Assembly: GCF_050320075.1 (NCBI RefSeq)
Contig: NZ_CP190018.1
Strand: one strand, 5' to 3'
DNA: 64,000 nt
Source of the DNA: Escherichia coli
GTDB taxonomy: Bacteria; Pseudomonadota; Gammaproteobacteria; Enterobacterales; Enterobacteriaceae
The notes beneath the pieces were generated by a model, which did not search any database, was not told the origin of the DNA, and saw only the letters and a list, made by a program, of their open reading frames with translations. Shown in pieces: positions 63,147 through 64,000 of the stretch (position 1 is its first letter; each line of letters starts with the position of its first letter). The position numbers were made by a program, and so were the translations under genes.

Positions 63147-64000
63147 ATGGCAACCACCCGCAACAAGGTGATGTGGCAGGAAGGGATGCTGATGCGCCCA
63201 CACCATTTCCAGCAACAGCAGCGTTACAACGACTACCTGGATAACCAGCGTTTCCGGGCCATGAATGATTTATCCTGGGGATTTACCGAACTCACCCTCA
63301 ACAATGAACTGCTGGCGCAGGGTAAGATCATGATTGACAGCGCGTCAGGCACACTGCCCGACGGCACCGTCTTTTCTATCCCCGACCAGGACGCACTGCC
63401 CGATCCGCTGCACCCGCAACATTTTCCGGACGAAAGAAGCCGCAATATTTACCTCGCTCTGCCGGTCGCCAGTGATGTGAGAAATGAAATCAGCGACGGG
63501 CGGCGAATCGGGCGTTACCGGCTGAATTATGCCGATGTCCGGGATCTGCATTCAGAAGAAGGTGACGCGCGAACACTGACGCTGGGTCAACTGACGCCGC
63601 GCATTATGAGCGGTGCAGAAGATATGAGCGCCTATATTACGCTCCCGCTTTGCCGTATCAGCGATCGCCATGCCGACGGCTCCCTGACGCTGGATGACGA
63701 TTTTATCCCCTCCTGCCAGAATATTCAGGTCAGTAAGAAACTGCGTGTTTATCTCAAAGAGGTACAGGGGGCCATTGGCGGACGGGCAAGCGATCTGGCA
63801 AACCGCATTGGCTCTCCGGCGCAGAGCGGCATCGCGGATGTGGCGGAATTTATGATGTTGCAGTTACTTAACCGTAACCAGACCCGGTTTACCCATCGCG
63901 CTCGTCGATCCCAGCTCCACCCGGAAGATTTCTACCTTGATCTTGCCGGGTTGCTGGGTGAACTGATGACCTTTACCGAGCCGTCGCGCCTGCCCTGCCC
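63147..64000 (+). CDS. tssK: T6SS baseplate protein TssK (partial; continues past the right edge)
   Basis: ATG 63147; MATTRNKVMWQEGMLMRPHHFQQQQRY...; open to the window end (not in ORF track). Confidence 0.85.
   Translation, partial: MATTRNKVMWQEGMLMRPHHFQQQQRYNDYLDNQRFRAMNDLSWGFTELTLNNELLAQGKIMIDSASGTLPDGTVFSIPDQDALPDPLHPQHFPDERSRNIYLALPVASDVRNEISDGRRIGRYRLNYADVRDLHSEEGDARTLTLGQLTPRIMSGAEDMSAYITLPLCRISDRHADGSLTLDDDFIPSCQNIQVSKKLRVYLKEVQGAIGGRASDLANRIGSPAQSGIADVAEFMMLQLLNRNQTRFTHRARRSQLHPEDFYLDLAGLLGELMTFTEPSRLPC

Overview
The window reads as an Escherichia coli chromosomal segment with three parts. (1) Positions 1 to ~23,800 are one arm of a mosaic lambdoid prophage integrated at tRNA-Thr (thrW), with its head genes running off the left edge. 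It has a lambda-type immunity, control and lysis backbone (N, nutL/nutR, cI with a non-lambda N-terminal domain, cro, cII, ninB/E/F/H, Q, pR'-tR', S, R, Rz/Rz1), a primase-helicase replication module, an Erf-SSB recombination module, P22/Sf6-type int/xis and terS/terL/portal, and several morons. (2) Positions ~23,900 to 45,400 are conserved backbone: proA, proB, phoE, crl, frsA, gpt, pepD, prfH/rtcB-like remnants, yafP-yafO-yafN-dinB, Flag-2 deletion remnants (lafU, lfhA), a hicAB-like pair, yafL, yafK, yafJ, gmhA, fadE, ivy, yafV. (3) Positions ~45,400 to 64,000 hold IS remnants and a type VI secretion island: hcp-vgrG-PAAR-Rhs toxin-immunity on the minus strand, diverging from tssB-tssC-tssE-tssF-tssG-tagH-tssJ-tssK on the plus strand. 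The most interesting unexplained signal is a compact module at 20,740-21,205 in an 800-bp ORF-free gap of the prophage: a 27-aa hydrophobic peptide gene with RBS and terminator, and a divergent terminator-ended small RNA whose 5' end is complementary over 19 nt to the peptide mRNA leader. This has the architecture of a type I toxin-antitoxin pair. Other points worth follow-up are a CxxCxxCC-protein moron between lysis and packaging genes, an SOS-box-controlled humD-like gene, a frameshifted PAAR-Rhs effector with an unrecognised C-terminal toxin domain, and a small ORF between tssB and tssC. All assignments rest on reading the sequence and the supplied ORF translations against remembered protein families; no database search was run.
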